Positions 1 to 12,098 are shown, counted from the first letter of the stretch. The stretch is 64,000 nucleotides of DNA from Phoronis australis (GCA_002633005.1 NMRA01000250.1:277291-341290), one strand, 5' to 3'. Program-made: numbers and translations. Notes: generated by a model not told the origin, from the sequence alone.

Positions 1-763
1 TCCCACTACTCAATATCGCTGCAGGGCTGCTTAGAGGCTCTGGGCTGGAGAAAACAGCACAGGGCGAATCACTACTGGTTCCAGGAATGGCACGCTCTGG
101 GGTACGTTTGTAGGCACGGGTGACAGTGGATGATGTGCCTCCACTGGCTCCAGTCACTGTACTGGCCACAGCTCGCGAGGCTTCTCTCTTCAAAAACGCA
201 CATCTCTGGGGTGGCGAAGGGGCGGAATGGCACCCTTTTTCAGGCGTTGTTTCGCAGGGACCTTCATCAGTTCAGCGTACAAATCCCTTTCGTAATCGGA
301 TGGCAGAAAATGCTTGCCACACACATGGTAATTCTCAACTGCTTTGTACGTTGTGTGGACGGGTAACGCTGCGTTCTTCACACGAATGAGCCAAGTACGG
401 CGAAGTGTGTCATCCATCGGAAAGCGATGCTAAGGTACTCCCAAAGCGCGCGTGAGACGATAATTAGTACATCCCGGTACGCAGCAACAGTGTAGCATGT
501 TGACTGACTAGTAAATGAAAGCAAACGACGACGTAACTTAACAGAACCGAAGTAGAACAATGACTTATACGGCAGCTCTCACAGTCAGACTATATGAAAA
601 GAAATTGGCGCGAAATGCTTGCCTCCTAAAACGTCACTTCCGGAGTAACGGACGAGTAATTAACAAAATTACGAAAACCTGTAATTAAGTGGAAAATATG
701 TCTAGGATAACCAACCAACCTTATTTTAGCACAAAATGACATGAAAAAAGGTTGCCTTCGCCT
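1..763 (-). mobile_element. Kolobok-like DNA transposon end (continues left of window) carrying a THAP-domain pseudo-ORF
   Basis: Terminus GTTGCCTTCGCCT followed by TTAA (764-767); homologous to both arms of the element at 15707-16557. Confidence 0.8.
190..498 (-). pseudogene. THAP zinc-finger pseudo-ORF (MLHCCCVPGC...*HRFP...W...VCGKHF...LKKGAIP)
   Basis: Complete THAP C2CH signature, HRFP, Trp and an AVP-like box; in-frame TAG at 432-430 and an early stop at 190. Confidence 0.88.
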
Positions 764-870
764 TTAAAAATTGCAGTTAAATAATGTTCTTATTTACTCC
801 CAAGTTTTCTCTTGTTATTTTCTACATGTTGAGACATCAATTTTACAAAGTTCTTCTATACTCCTTTTAA

Positions 871-980
871 CGTAGTGGTCGGATATGACATGCCCGCATT
901 TTGAGAACCAGTTTTCTCCACTGAATAACCAGTGTTAAACTGGTTCTCAAAATGTGGGCACGATTTATCCAACTATTGCC
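871..980. mobile_element. 110-bp palindromic MITE, copy 1
   Basis: Arms GCCCGCATTTTGAGAACCAGTTT / AAACTGGTTCTCAAAATGTGGGC; homologous copies at 48115 and 54403. Confidence 0.85.
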
Positions 981-1044
981 CCTTTTTACGTGAATGGTGT
1001 GATCTTCTTGGTGACCTTCAGTGTTAAACGGTTCCGTGTTTCAG

Positions 1045-1148
1045 CACCTGAGGCTCCACCCAAAAACCTCCAAGTGTTTGAGCTTCTCAATCGTGGCAGC
1101 GTCAAGATTATCTGGGGTGCTTCCTGTGCCTTCATAGAGGGCCCTGTG
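1045..1148 (+). CDS. SORL1: SORL1 exon (FN3 start, PEAPPKNLQV...IIWGASCAFIEGPV)
   Basis: tttcag acceptor, gtcagt donor; FN3-like PP.NL and W pattern; ends in phase 0. Confidence 0.85.
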
Positions 1149-4100
1149 GTCAGTATACAAATCACAAATTGGCAAAGTCTGTTTTCTTCTGCCGGTCTTA
1201 AACATTTTTGATTTGGATCCAGTTTGGGATTGTTTTGATGGTTTCTAATTTCTTTTTAATGTTTACACTTCTATGTCTCATTCATATTCATTTTCATGGC
1301 ATGTCCCATGGGAGGATGCTGGAAGAATGCAATGTCTTGTGAAAGAAGTGCTCTTCGCAAAATGGGACATGAGTATTTGAAAGCTAATTACACTATTTTG
1401 GGTTGTTCTGTATTGAAATTAAACACCATTACAAAACCTATCAATTGCACCTAATTAAAATGAATTACCTGAAAGAAAATTTTTGAGACTTTTGAGAAGT
1501 TCCAATTTGTTTGGGAATGCATTTTAATGGAAGTGAAATAATGTGGTGAGTTGAAGATCTTAGCAGCTAGATGATGTGGTGGTTAATGTGACTGTGTTTT
1601 TGAACAGTAAAATCTCAAAAATGTTGCTCTTTTGCATCTAACATTCATGTGAATGGCCACACTTTCTCTAATTATCGTCTGATGGTAGTTATCGTATAGA
1701 ACTTGAAGATGATAAATCTTATATTTGGTGCTTCTAACCTTTTGTGGAAAAAATGAAAGAAATTAAAATTCACTCATCTGCCATGTGTCCTAAATAGGTC
1801 ATTTCAATTTTGACAAAACTAGTCATAAAACTTGTTATTCTGTATTTATGAAAGATAATTATTTAGATGGCCTTAATGAAAATGAATGTATTGACTGTAT
1901 TGACTGTTGTTGTGTGGCTTTATGGTGTTTGTGTTGTTGCTTAGCAACAATTAAAAGTTATTTTTCCAGGAAAAATTAAATGGTGAAGTTTATTGTAACA
2001 CGTTCTGCAATTTTACTGCACTTTTAGTGCAAGACATTCTGCAAGTTTACTGAAGATAGATCAAGATATGAGGAAATTGCATAGAAACATCCATTTTCTT
2101 GATAAATCATGTTCCCAGAATATTTATTGATGTGACTGCCAATATTCAGGTGCATGAAATATGTCTGTTTGGTTCAGCTGGTTACTGTACTGCTGCTTTG
2201 GAGGATAGTTAAGAACTGTGGCCTGTGGCTGTATGACCTAGCTTAAAGACATCTTCCCATATCAAAAAGTCTCTTGTTTCAGAGTTATGCATTAATGGTC
2301 ACTGACCATCACACTGGCAAGATGAGGAAGTTTGTCCTGCCTCCTAGCAGAAGCATTGAGAACTATTTCACCCAGCACAATTACGACCGTGGCAATAACT
2401 ACACCGTTGCTGTAGCTAACAACATTCCAAATGCCAGGAGTGTTTCCAAGACGATATCGATCTGTGAGTTCACATGCTATCATTTTCTTTGACAACGGCA
2501 TTAGATAGTGATTGCCTCTGATGCAGTTTTGGGTAAATGTTTCAGTCTGCAGTAAATGTTACAGTAGTGACTTGTGATCGTTAGGTAATAAAAATTGATC
2601 TGTGTTGCTCTCCAACTTTAATTTCCAAACACCAGGGTTCAATGAACCCATCTTCCAAATTTTTTGGGTTCATTTCAAATTTTAGGGTTCCTGAAAACAG
2701 TCCCAATATCATCAAGAATTCGCTCACACTTAGAACAGCAACTGTTGTATTGGGTGGCACAGCAATTCACAGTAAATACTTATGACCCACTATGCATATT
2801 GGGATAATGCAGCAAACAATTGTGTCGGTGTTAATCCTCTAATTAAATTGTTATCTCCCCTGCCAGTTATCTCCACTCTCCTGTATTAGAGTCTTGGTAA
2901 CTTTTTAGAGTTCTGTTGAACAAACATGGCTGAATGAATAAAGTGTGTTGTGCTTATTTGTAGACATTAACAGTCAGTGTGTGTGTTATGTAGTTTTGTT
3001 GGGTCATATGAGACAAAAATTCAGTTTGCAGGAACACTGTTTTTATGCAAACGTGTCAGGAGAGGCAACACTTAGTAATGATGAATTGTACGAGTTAGAG
3101 GAAAACAGGCACACTATTACCACCGGTGTTCTGTTTCATCCACTTACAGTTGTCTCGACTTCTACCTTATGCGGGTGAGAAGTCGTGGTTTGTAAGCTTA
3201 GACTGATTAGTATAGCCATGCTCGATGCATAAAGCAATCCGTCAAGCAGTAACAAATTGTTAGATTTCTTTTCACGCCCAAAAATCCCCTCTGCTATGAG
3301 TAAGAAACAAAATAAGACCCAAGTTGATACGGTGTGTATTGGAATGTTTTCACAGACAGTCAGGATTTACTGCACCTTGGCATCCATATTGTGTTTATTG
3401 TGCTTGCTGTCCTGTTAACGCCCTCTGTTGTATCCCGTTAGCACCATACGGTGAACCACTGATGGTCAAAGTGGCCGACTATGTGATGACTGAAAGTGAG
3501 GTGGAGGCAGGCAACAACAAATTGCGCGTCTTTTGGAATCCACCTGCTGAGAAGATCACAGCACCCTTTGTAAGCCATTTATAGCATTTATACAGTGTAG
3601 TGGAATCGTAGACACACAGCGGGGGTCACCTTATTATCTGAGGGTAGACACTAGTGTACAAACACCTTTGTCACGAGCACACGTAATACCATTTCAATAG
3701 CAATACAGACTTCCACTGCAGTGCGCCAAGTATCTGATGAACACAATGATCACAGAAAAGGTGGCAGAATCAGGTAACAAACTCACAAACAAAATATAGC
3801 CAGTGTGTTAGTGATACTGACGCGTGTGCTGATTGAACCCTTTAACAACTGAACTCCAAATACATCAGGATCCCAAGGAATTATGCGAATTGCGACTTCA
3901 ACGAACAAAAAAGAAAAATTAAATTTTTATTAAACAGGTGACAAAAACGTGTCAATGTTACAGTAAACCAAAAAACACGTGCTGTGCTTGTCCTTTGCTA
4001 TATATGTGTTGTTATCATCGTCGTTAGTCGTTACTCAGGACAAGTTTGTTTGCAATAGCTTTGTTATTGAGCATGTGTCTGGCCCGAGATGTAAGGCTAG

Positions 4101-7100
4101 GGTCTATGACAGTCAATTTGCTTTACGCCCAGGCGTTATGATGTGGAATTCTGAGTCATTTTTTCTCTCAATACTTTCGGCTAGTACTGTCAGTAGATAT
4201 ATGATGTGTTAGAGATAACAGTCAGAAGTTCAGTTTATCATACAGAAAACAGGTATAGTCATAAGTCCAGTGTCATCTTCCAACTAACAAAGCAGACGAT
4301 CACCTAAGTGACATAGCCTTTTTTGTGTGTCAGGTGAGACTTGTTCCACTGACAAATGTTTGGTTAGGGCTTCGATTGCTTCCATATTTTGCTCTATGAA
4401 AGATTAATTGTTAGGTTAGTGTAATGTGTTTGGTTTTTTGTCATTTGTTTACTAAACTGTGGCTCGAAGGATTTCAAATTTGCTACTTGCTGCACCCTTT
4501 TGTGCTTATTTTACCCTTCTGTATGCATTTATAGCTATCAAGCTCCTAGTGACAATTTTATTGTTTTGGTCAAACTCTTGGAAGAATTATTACGATATTG
4601 TCATCTTTCCTCTTTTGCTTTTATGCCGCAACATCTCCTTACTCTGTGTCTCGGTTAAGCTGACACCTATGTCCATGATGGCTTTGTCTTGTTGCTATTC
4701 GTCAAGTCCTTTTGTCTCTTACAGAAATACCAACTGTTTATGAAACGAGACAGTGAAAACTACAACATGGTAACAGAGGTGAAGAGCAAGGAACGGTCCT
4801 GGGTCATGAAGTTGCCCGAGGGTCATCTCTACTATTTCCGCGTACGTGTTGTGTCGGTCGAGACTGGGCTACCGGGCCTGTTCAGTGACTATGCATCCTA
4901 CAAGGGCCGCGATGTCAAGGCACACAAGACAAAAGGTAGGCGTTGGTGCTTACAGCTTGCTTATCAGGGCTTGGAATTTTCCTCTTTTAAGAGGATTTCA
5001 GTCTTCATTTTTGGTTTCGATTCCCTCTTATTTGATTTCCAGTTCCTCTTTTTTCTTCTCTTTTTTATCATTGTCCTCACTTTATTCATGCAAAAACGTT
5101 TTATTTCAGTTAAAGTTTATGACACAGAGTACATTTCTGCCACACAAACCTATTTTAGGTTGTTTTGGGGGGTTTTTGTCATGGTTTGCATTTTTGACAG
5201 GTGTGGTATTGAAATGAATGTTTTGGTTTTAAAATCTGCTTTTGGTGAAGTGCATGTGCTTCAAGTGTGGCATCTTGATGCGTCACCTTTGTATAGAGTG
5301 GAGATTTGGGGGTCATTTGTGTTATGGATTGTGTGACTCAAATATCACTGTCAGAAATGCTGTTTCTCCTGTAATAAGAGTGAATGCGCTCGCTTGAGAT
5401 GCCAGTTTTGATCCGAATTACCATGGAAGCGCACCAGTAGTGTCAATTTTTTGGGTTTTTTCAAAAGTTTATTTTGAAATAGTTAATGCAATAAATATAC
5501 AGACCCAGAATGCACCAAAAAGCATTGTATCTGGGCTAAACAAATACAACGAAATCTGTAAACAATTACACAAATACAACAGTTGTGTCGGTGAGAACTG
5601 GTTTTCTAATTACTTTAGCCTTTAGACCAACTGGGGCTTCTGCTGTTATGATTTGATCACATGCTGTCTGGGGTACAGTTATGGAATTCGATGCCTTTTT
5701 ATGCGCCCACATATTTATATGTGGACGCATTATGCCGTCCATCCGCCGTCTGTCCGCTGTCCGTCCGCCATCCGTCCGGCGTCCGCTGCTCTGTCTCCAT
5801 AACCGATTAACATATGTTCATGAAATTTTGCACAATTTGTTCCTTTCATAGATGGGACGGCATGCGCGAATTTTTGGACGGATCCGACTACCGGTGTCCC
5901 CCCTAGTGGCAATTTTAATTTTTTACTTTTACCTCTGTATCTTCAAAGGTCCTCAACATATTTTCACAAAATTTGGTGTATAGACAGAGGTCGTGTAACT
6001 CCGGAATTTAGTTTACAAAACAGCCACAGGCTTCGCATACCAGTAGTCAGCCATTACTATAATGTCAGAAACGAAAACAGAATAGCTGTTCACCATGTTA
6101 GTGAGCTATTCAAACTCGTATTCCTGGATTATATAAGGTCTGTGTTTTATTAAAAATGTGATGTGACATGAATTTGTTGTTTGTTATTATTCTAATTGAG
6201 GTTTTAATTATTTCAAATGGGTCTTTGCCAGTGTTGCATGTAGTTGTACTGATTTGTTTACTTTCTGTAGAGGCTTAGCCCTATTAGAGCACAATGACTA
6301 ATAACTGTGTCCCCTGGAATCTATCTACACATGTTATAAACAGGATGCTACAGTGTTCACATAAACATCCCAGAGCCAAATAACCATTCCTTAATATGGC
6401 AACACTGTGAGGAATTTCTTATGATTTCCCTCAGTTCTTAACATTGCTTTCGTGAGTCACTTCGTTCAGTTGCACAACAACATAATTTCTGACATCCTGG
6501 TGATACCTACATCAAGCAGTCCATTGAAAAAATGGCATCTACAACATTGGAATTTAAGGGCATTTCATCATGGAAAGACTATATTCCTGAGTGGCCAAAT
6601 GTTATGTATGGTGACATTTACAATTATTTGGTAGAATCAAAAGCAGTTGATGGACAGTCGATGAAAAACTTTAAAAGCCTAGAATCATTCAATTACTCCC
6701 AGAGTGGATGCGCTGATAAGATTTTACACCGTAATTTGGACAAGGACACCGTGGTTATCAAGTGAAATGTCAGACCATCTCAGAACATCAATAATGAGTG
6801 GAACTCAGTCTGCATAAAAGCATTGAATAGTGGTGAAATATTGTCTGGCACTTGCAAATCTATGGCCGGATTAGGAAAGACATGCAGTCACATTGGTGCT
6901 GACTTGTGGAAAATTGAACACTCTGTTAGAATGGGGTTTCCGAATTGTCCGCAGTATCAGGCAGTGTCTCACTGGTCTCAGATGCAACATGTTCGACCGT
7001 GTGGGTGTTTTTAGATACGTGTGCATCATCATCTTCACCAGTAGTAGCTGATTTTGTGAGCTTCAAAACTTTCCTGCGACCAGGTTTTACCTTTCTGGCA

Positions 7101-10100
7101 TATCCCATGTTTAGCTGAAGCACTGGATTTCTTTCTGTTGGCTCACCATCCACAAAATGAACGGAACAAACAAAGACATTTTTTGGTAATCTGTCTCTGT
7201 TAATGGACTTTTGCCACAGTAGTCTCAATTCACTGTTGTGTTTACCTGATGGCATTCTGTGTAACTTGTAAGGTTTTAAACATGGACAGTTTGTGCATTT
7301 GACCATGGTGTTCATCACAAATTTCTGTCTCCCAACATTTCAATTTCACCCAGTTGTTGTGACAGCCTGTTACAGCACAGTTACTACCACTGGGCATTTT
7401 AAACAATTTTTAGTGGAGGTGAAAGTTGAACAGTTCTATTTGTATACTTGTAAACACTTCTGAAAAGATTCAAACAAAAATTTCAAACCTCCTTGAAATA
7501 TGGTATATTATCAGTTAGACGGTAATGTTTTATTTTTCTATATATCAGTCCAACAATTTTAACTTTGATTATTGACATTTATGTAATTGTATACATCTAG
7601 TAATTTACAAATATTTCTTCTGTCAAATGTATTGCATGAAAAAATCAACATGTACCAGGAATATCAATGATTTCAAATCTGCTGATCTGCTTCCAAATAA
7701 ACAACACAAGTAGACACAGCAGCTGGGATGGTTTGCTTTACAGACAGACTACTCACTCCAGTGTTTATCTGACATGGCATTAATGGCGTGACCTCAATAT
7801 GGCGCTCCCCAGGCATTCGGCAATTTCCGTAATGGAATCTGTCTATAGAATAGGCATCTATTCGTGAGACAACTGTATCCTCCCGTTTTCAGATGGATTC
7901 GACGTAGTTTGCACCACCTAGTGGCAATTTTTACTGTTTTCGAGTCTTTTTTTAGCATCTGCCCCTCTATCAACGAAACCGCTCTAATCATGATTGTGAA
8001 AATTGGCATATATGTTTTAATTATGAAGTGGACGGGTGACAATGATTTCTGATGACTGACTATTGTGGCGCCTTCTATTGGCAGTTACATTTTTTGCACC
8101 CATGGCTGTATCTCCTAAACCGTGTGCAGGATCTTTACTTGATTTAACAAGTGTGTTTATATGATGTTGACAACAGCTAGATTTGACTGCTGGTGTGCCC
8201 CCTGGTGGCAATTTTTGTTTTACGTTTACCTCTGTATCTTCAAAGGTCCTCAATGTATTTTCATAAAATTTGGCATACAGACATCTGTTAATGAGGTGAT
8301 GCCATCTCTCCAAAGGTCCTTAACAGATTTTCGTAAAAATTTTAAGTACGGGTATCTTCTGGTGAGATGACACTATTCTCCTGTTTTCGGATGGAATCAA
8401 GGTATTTTGGAACACCTAGTGGCCATTTTTGCTGTTTTTGAGTCTGTATTTTGGCATCTACCCTTTTATCAACCAAATCATTCTAAGGATGGTTTTGAAA
8501 ATTGGCGCATATGTTCTCAGTGTGAAGAGGACGGTTGACGATGACAACTTTGACTACTGTGGTGCCTTCTAGTGGTAGTTTTGTTTTGTTTTGCGCCCAT
8601 ACCTGTATTTCCTAAACCCACCGCAGGATCTGTATTAAATTTAATTTGTAGGTGTATTTATATGAAGCTAACAACAGACAATGATGACTTTCAGGCGGAT
8701 GCAATGAACAGTGTGCTCCCTTGTGGCAATTTCATTTTAATCTGTTTTCCTTTGTTTCTCTGAGGTTCATGACAGATTTCTATGAAATTTGGTGTATAGC
8801 TTTCTATTTAAGAAGTAATGCCATGTTCCCGTTTTGGGATGGATTGTACGTACATTTTTATGACACAAATAAACAACCCTAAAAGCACACCATTTGTGAT
8901 GCATTCATGGGCGCATTTCAACGCTCTGCGTTGCTCTTGTTTAAAATCTTAAAAGGATACTAAACCCTGTGTTGGTGATTGAACCAGTCCCCATGTGGTC
9001 ACTTGCTAGTGCATCATTGGTATCCCATTTGAGTGTTAAAAGCAGAATTCAAATATAAATTCAAACTGTCAGAGTCTGGCTCTTGGTCAGTCATCTTTAC
9101 ATAACTCGACTACAGGGTAGGTCACGTTTGCTCGTTTAGCAGACTTTTAAGGAGCAACTCAAAGTTTGTTCCAAACGAGATGTTGAGGGTTACAGAGCCT
9201 CTTGTTTGAGGGAATTGGATGTGAAAGTAATTTTCAATATCTGTCCAAAACCAGTTTCGTATCCTTTTAAGTATTATTGGTTCATTTCTCAAATAGGTAC
9301 AGTCATGTAGTCAGAGTTATCTCCACATGACAGTATTTTCTTCAACAACAATTTCTGACTATGTCCCAACAACATCCCAGCATTTCTAAGGCCCTCAGCG
9401 GCCCTGTGATTGGTGCAACAAAGTCAAAATACTGTCTCATTCGTGTGTACAGATCCGCTGAAGAATCCCGCCAACATGGGGGCCATCGTGGGGGGTGTGC
9501 TTGCAGTCATTGTCATCGCTTTTGGTGTCTCCTTTGCTGTGTTCTACGTCCGTCACCGCCGCCTCCAACGAAGTTTCCTGTCCTTTGCCAACAGTCACTA
9601 CGACACGCGCTCGGGCACCACCACATTCAGCTCAGATTTGGGTAAGTTCTCTTGGTCTCCATTTTTTACGCCAAGCAGATTCACTGTCCAGGAGGCCAGT
9701 GAGCCTATTCTCAGAAAAGCAACAATGATTGCCGTGATAGACAAATGGCAAATGAAGGACTAGTCTTAAGTTTAAGAATGTCTCAAGTTTTGACTTACGA
9801 TAAGTTTGCGATCTGTTCAAGTATCTAAACTAAGATCGTTTTTAAGTTTTTGTCTCAACTTTGATTCAACTCGCTCCTTGTCATCAAGTCGATCTTAAGT
9901 TTGTTTTTTCAATTTGGGAAGGAATTTAATCCAACTTAAAGTTGATTGCAACTTCCTGGCAGAGAAATTTCAACTGAGTAAAGCTTCTTTTAAAAAACCA
10001 TGTCATTCATTTTGTTGTCTTCAACCGAGGTGAGTTTAACCTCCAAACAGGGTGTCTTCCAGCATGGTGCAGGAGTTGCCTGTGTGTATGTTCGGAAAAT

Positions 10101-11662
10101 ATGCCCAGAAAGTTCTAGAATTTAATAGAGACAGATTTGCAAACCTGTGTGTGTTTTAAGAAAAAAAATTGTATGCCTGCAGGGTGTATATTTAGCTGGG
10201 CTTGTGTGCTGGAAAGTTAAGTGAGACAAATCTTCAGTCGGAAACTTGAGATAAAATTAAAAAAGTCCAATTTGCAAATCATTCACTGTTTACGAGTCTA
10301 GTGAACGTGAACATTTTGGGTGGCAGTGAGAACTAAAAGCTATCATAAATAACTTAAACTGTCACAAATAACAGATATATGAAATGTGATAATTATGCTG
10401 CATGGTGAGGTGTTGCGACCAACATATGACGTGTAAGAAAACTAATAATCCTTTTACCCCCGTCACACCAGGGGCGCGGTGCCACTACGGTTTTTGGTCA
10501 AAACTGCCATCACTGTAGTGACACCGCCTGGTGTTTCATAGTATTCCTCTACCCGTCACGTGTTTTTGTTCGCACCACGGGGTCGCCAGTATACGTTTTC
10601 AGCGATTGCACGGCAGTTGCACTGTGGAACCATGGCGGTGATGGAGGTGCTACTGCGGTCCTTGTACAGTGCCACAGCCGTCATGACAGTGTCATGGCGA
10701 TCTCACTGCGGATTGGCCCAACCTGCGGTGGCACTGCGGAAGTTTTGAACATGTTCAAAGTTTCCGCCATGCCACTGCGAAGTCCACGGTTTTGACGGTT
10801 TTCCGCAGTGCTACGGCAATCAATGGCGGAACCACTGTGGAACCGCAGCAATCATGGCGGTGCCACTACGGTTCATGCCGTACAAGCATCGCAGTGGCAC
10901 CGCACCTCCGGTGTGATGGGGGGGTATTACCTATGCCACGTATTAAACAGTTAGAAACCGTCATAGCAGCAAGAAACGCACTTTTGATTTAGACCACTTA
11001 CTAAGTAGTCTCAACTTGTTCTTTACTCTTACTCATATGACAAGTCATTGCTGAGGTTGTAAAGAACTGACAGTTCTTTATTGGTCGAGGCCGTGCGCGG
11101 TGCATAAAGTGACAGTTCCTTATTCATGGAGACCCTGCCTGGTGCATAAAGTGACAGTTCCTTATTCGTCGAGACCGTGCTCAGTGCTTAAAGTGACAGT
11201 TCCTTATTCGTCAAGACCGTGCTCGGTGCATAAAGTGACAGTTCCTTATTCATCGAGAACGTTCTCGGTGCATAAAGTGACAGTTCCTTATTCGTCGAGA
11301 CCGTGCTCGGTGCATAAAGTGACAGTTCCTTATTCGTCGAGACCGTGCTCAGTGCATAAAGTGACATAATCTCACAAGCAGAACTTGAAAAGCCTAATCT
11401 CAATCAATAATGAACTGTGCGTCCCATAATGTTATGTGATGTAAATGAATATTGAACTGTGAGTCCCATAATGTTATGTGGTGTAAATCAATAATTTTTG
11501 TGATGGATTATTGTATCTTTGAACTAAATGTTCTGATGATTGACAATAGTAAGTTGCAAAATGTTGGCTTTTCATTGACTGCTTCCTTGTATTGCAGACG
11601 ATGCTGAAGATTCCCCGATGATTCGTGGCTTCTCAGATGATGAACCGCTAGTAGTTGCTTAA
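1045..11662 (+). CDS. SORL1: Sortilin-related receptor (SorLA/LR11), 3' part; join(1045-1148,2283-2463,3442-3569,4725-4935,9453-9641,11598-11662); 5' exons lie upstream of the window
   Basis: Six exons with AG/GT boundaries and compatible phases. They translate to FN3-like repeats, a TM helix, RHRRLQRSFLSFANSHYDTRSG and DDAEDSPMIRGFSDDEPLVVA*, matching the SorLA cytoplasmic tail (FANSHY motif, acidic cluster, GGA-binding C-terminus). Confidence 0.96.
2283..2463 (+). CDS. SORL1: SORL1 exon (FN3, SYALMVTDHHTG...NYTVAV)
   Basis: tttcag acceptor, gtgagt donor; FN3 Y-x-V-x-V pattern; phase 0 to 1. Confidence 0.87.
3442..3569 (+). CDS. SORL1: SORL1 exon (FN3, PYGEPLMVKV...LRVFWNPP)
   Basis: ccgttag acceptor, gtaagc donor; FN3 V-x-W-x-PP motif; phase 1 to 0. 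Confidence 0.88.
4725..4935 (+). CDS. SORL1: SORL1 exon (FN3, KYQLFMK...LPEGHLYYFRVRV)
   Basis: ttacag acceptor, gtaggc donor; FN3 L-x-x-G-x-x-Y-x-F-x-V motif; phase 0 to 1. Confidence 0.9.
4965..5120 (+). repeat. Dispersed repeat, hAT-like MITE end (CAGGGCTTGGAATTT...)
   Basis: A reverse-complement copy lies at about 17039-17168. Confidence 0.65.
6532..6945 (+). pseudogene. SWIM zinc-finger N-terminus of a YqaJ/lambda-exonuclease-type transposon accessory protein (pseudo)
   Basis: WPNVMYGDIYNYLV...KSLESFNY.SG...*NVRPSQ...GEILSGTCKSMAGLGKTCSHIGA; in-frame TGA at 6763-6765; second Cys of CxC replaced by Ser. Confidence 0.8.
6950..7397 (-). pseudogene. THAP-domain N-terminus of a HARBI-type transposase (pseudo, frameshifted)
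   Basis: MPSGSNCAVTGCHN...ICDEHH, then a frameshift, then CPCLKPYKLHRMP...W...INR...VFVCSVHFVDGEPTERNP. Confidence 0.85.
8953..9266. mobile_element. Kolobok-like MITE with TTAA TSD
   Basis: TTAA|AAGGATACTAAAC ... GTTTCGTATCCTT|TTAA. Confidence 0.7.
9453..9641 (+). CDS. SORL1: SORL1 exon: transmembrane helix and FANSHY motif
   Basis: tacag acceptor, gtaagt donor; GAIVGGVLAVIVIAFGVSFAVFYV followed by RHRRLQRSFLSFANSHY. Confidence 0.96.
10455..10926. mobile_element. PIF/Harbinger-like MITE
   Basis: About 35-bp TIRs (TACCCCCGTCACACCAGGGGCGCGGTGCCACT / AGTGGCACCGCACCTCCGGTGTGATGGGGGGGTA); internal palindrome TTTGAACATGTTCAAA; TTT/TTA flanks. Confidence 0.8.
11068..11366. repeat. 42-bp minisatellite, about 7 copies
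   Basis: Unit gtgcataaagtgacagttccttattcgtcgagaccgtgctcg. Confidence 0.95.
11598..11662 (+). CDS. SORL1: SORL1 last coding exon (DDAEDSPMIRGFSDDEPLVVA*)
   Basis: ttgcag acceptor in phase 1; peptide closely resembles the vertebrate SorLA C-terminus; TAA stop. Not in the ORF track because it is short. Confidence 0.95.
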
Positions 11663-12098
11663 CGAAGAGTAGTCAATTTTTGCGATGTGTGTCGTGATAT
11701 TTTGCCCGCTTGTCATTCCAACACTTATTTTACGTGAAATGGTGACACAGCCGGGCCATCAGCTGATCTATCCAAGAAATCTCAGATGACTATTTCTAAT
11801 TATGGTCCATTGGCCAGAGCTTGATGCCGGATTATTTCTAGGACATGCTTACATAAACTTATTGGTGTTAAGTATTTGTTATGGTAATTCCTCACTTACT
11901 TAACGCATAATATGGCTGACCAGTGAACTTCTATTTTGTCCTTATTTCTCCACAGAAATAAAATATGAGAAAATTTTAGTTTTATTACTAACAGGATATG
12001 TACTGCGTGGGTATCATGAAACAAGTTTTTGTGAGTTTTCCTTGATTTGCAGTAAAAATAATCAGCTTCATATCCATGATAGCAAGTAACAGCATATG

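Larger units (their letters stand above)
5982..7844. mobile_element. Internally deleted ISL2EU-like (PIF/Harbinger-related) transposon
   Basis: AT|AGACAGA...TCTGTCT|AT termini with a candidate 2-bp AT TSD; convergent SWIM-finger and THAP pseudo-ORFs. Confidence 0.72.
5696..8940 (+). mobile_element. Helentron-associated non-autonomous element (HINE; DINE-1/CvA-pearl type), interrupted by an ISL2EU-like insertion
   Basis: 5' T-run, then subTIR ATGCGCCCA inside a palindrome (atgcgcccacatat-tt-atatgtggacgcat), a CCGT/GTCC microsatellite and roughly 125-215-bp diverged core repeats (ccctagtggcaatttt). The 3' end has subTIR TGGGCGCAT (8908-8916) and hairpin CAACGC-tct-GCGTTG, then CTCTTGT|TT. Confidence 0.85.

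Noticed and set aside
4936-5336. Hydrophobic C-terminal extension of the 215-aa ORF, resembling an alternative TM segment of SORL1
   Set aside because: It lies after a canonical donor and reads through a T-rich dispersed repeat that also occurs at 17.1 kb; the real TM exon is at 9453.
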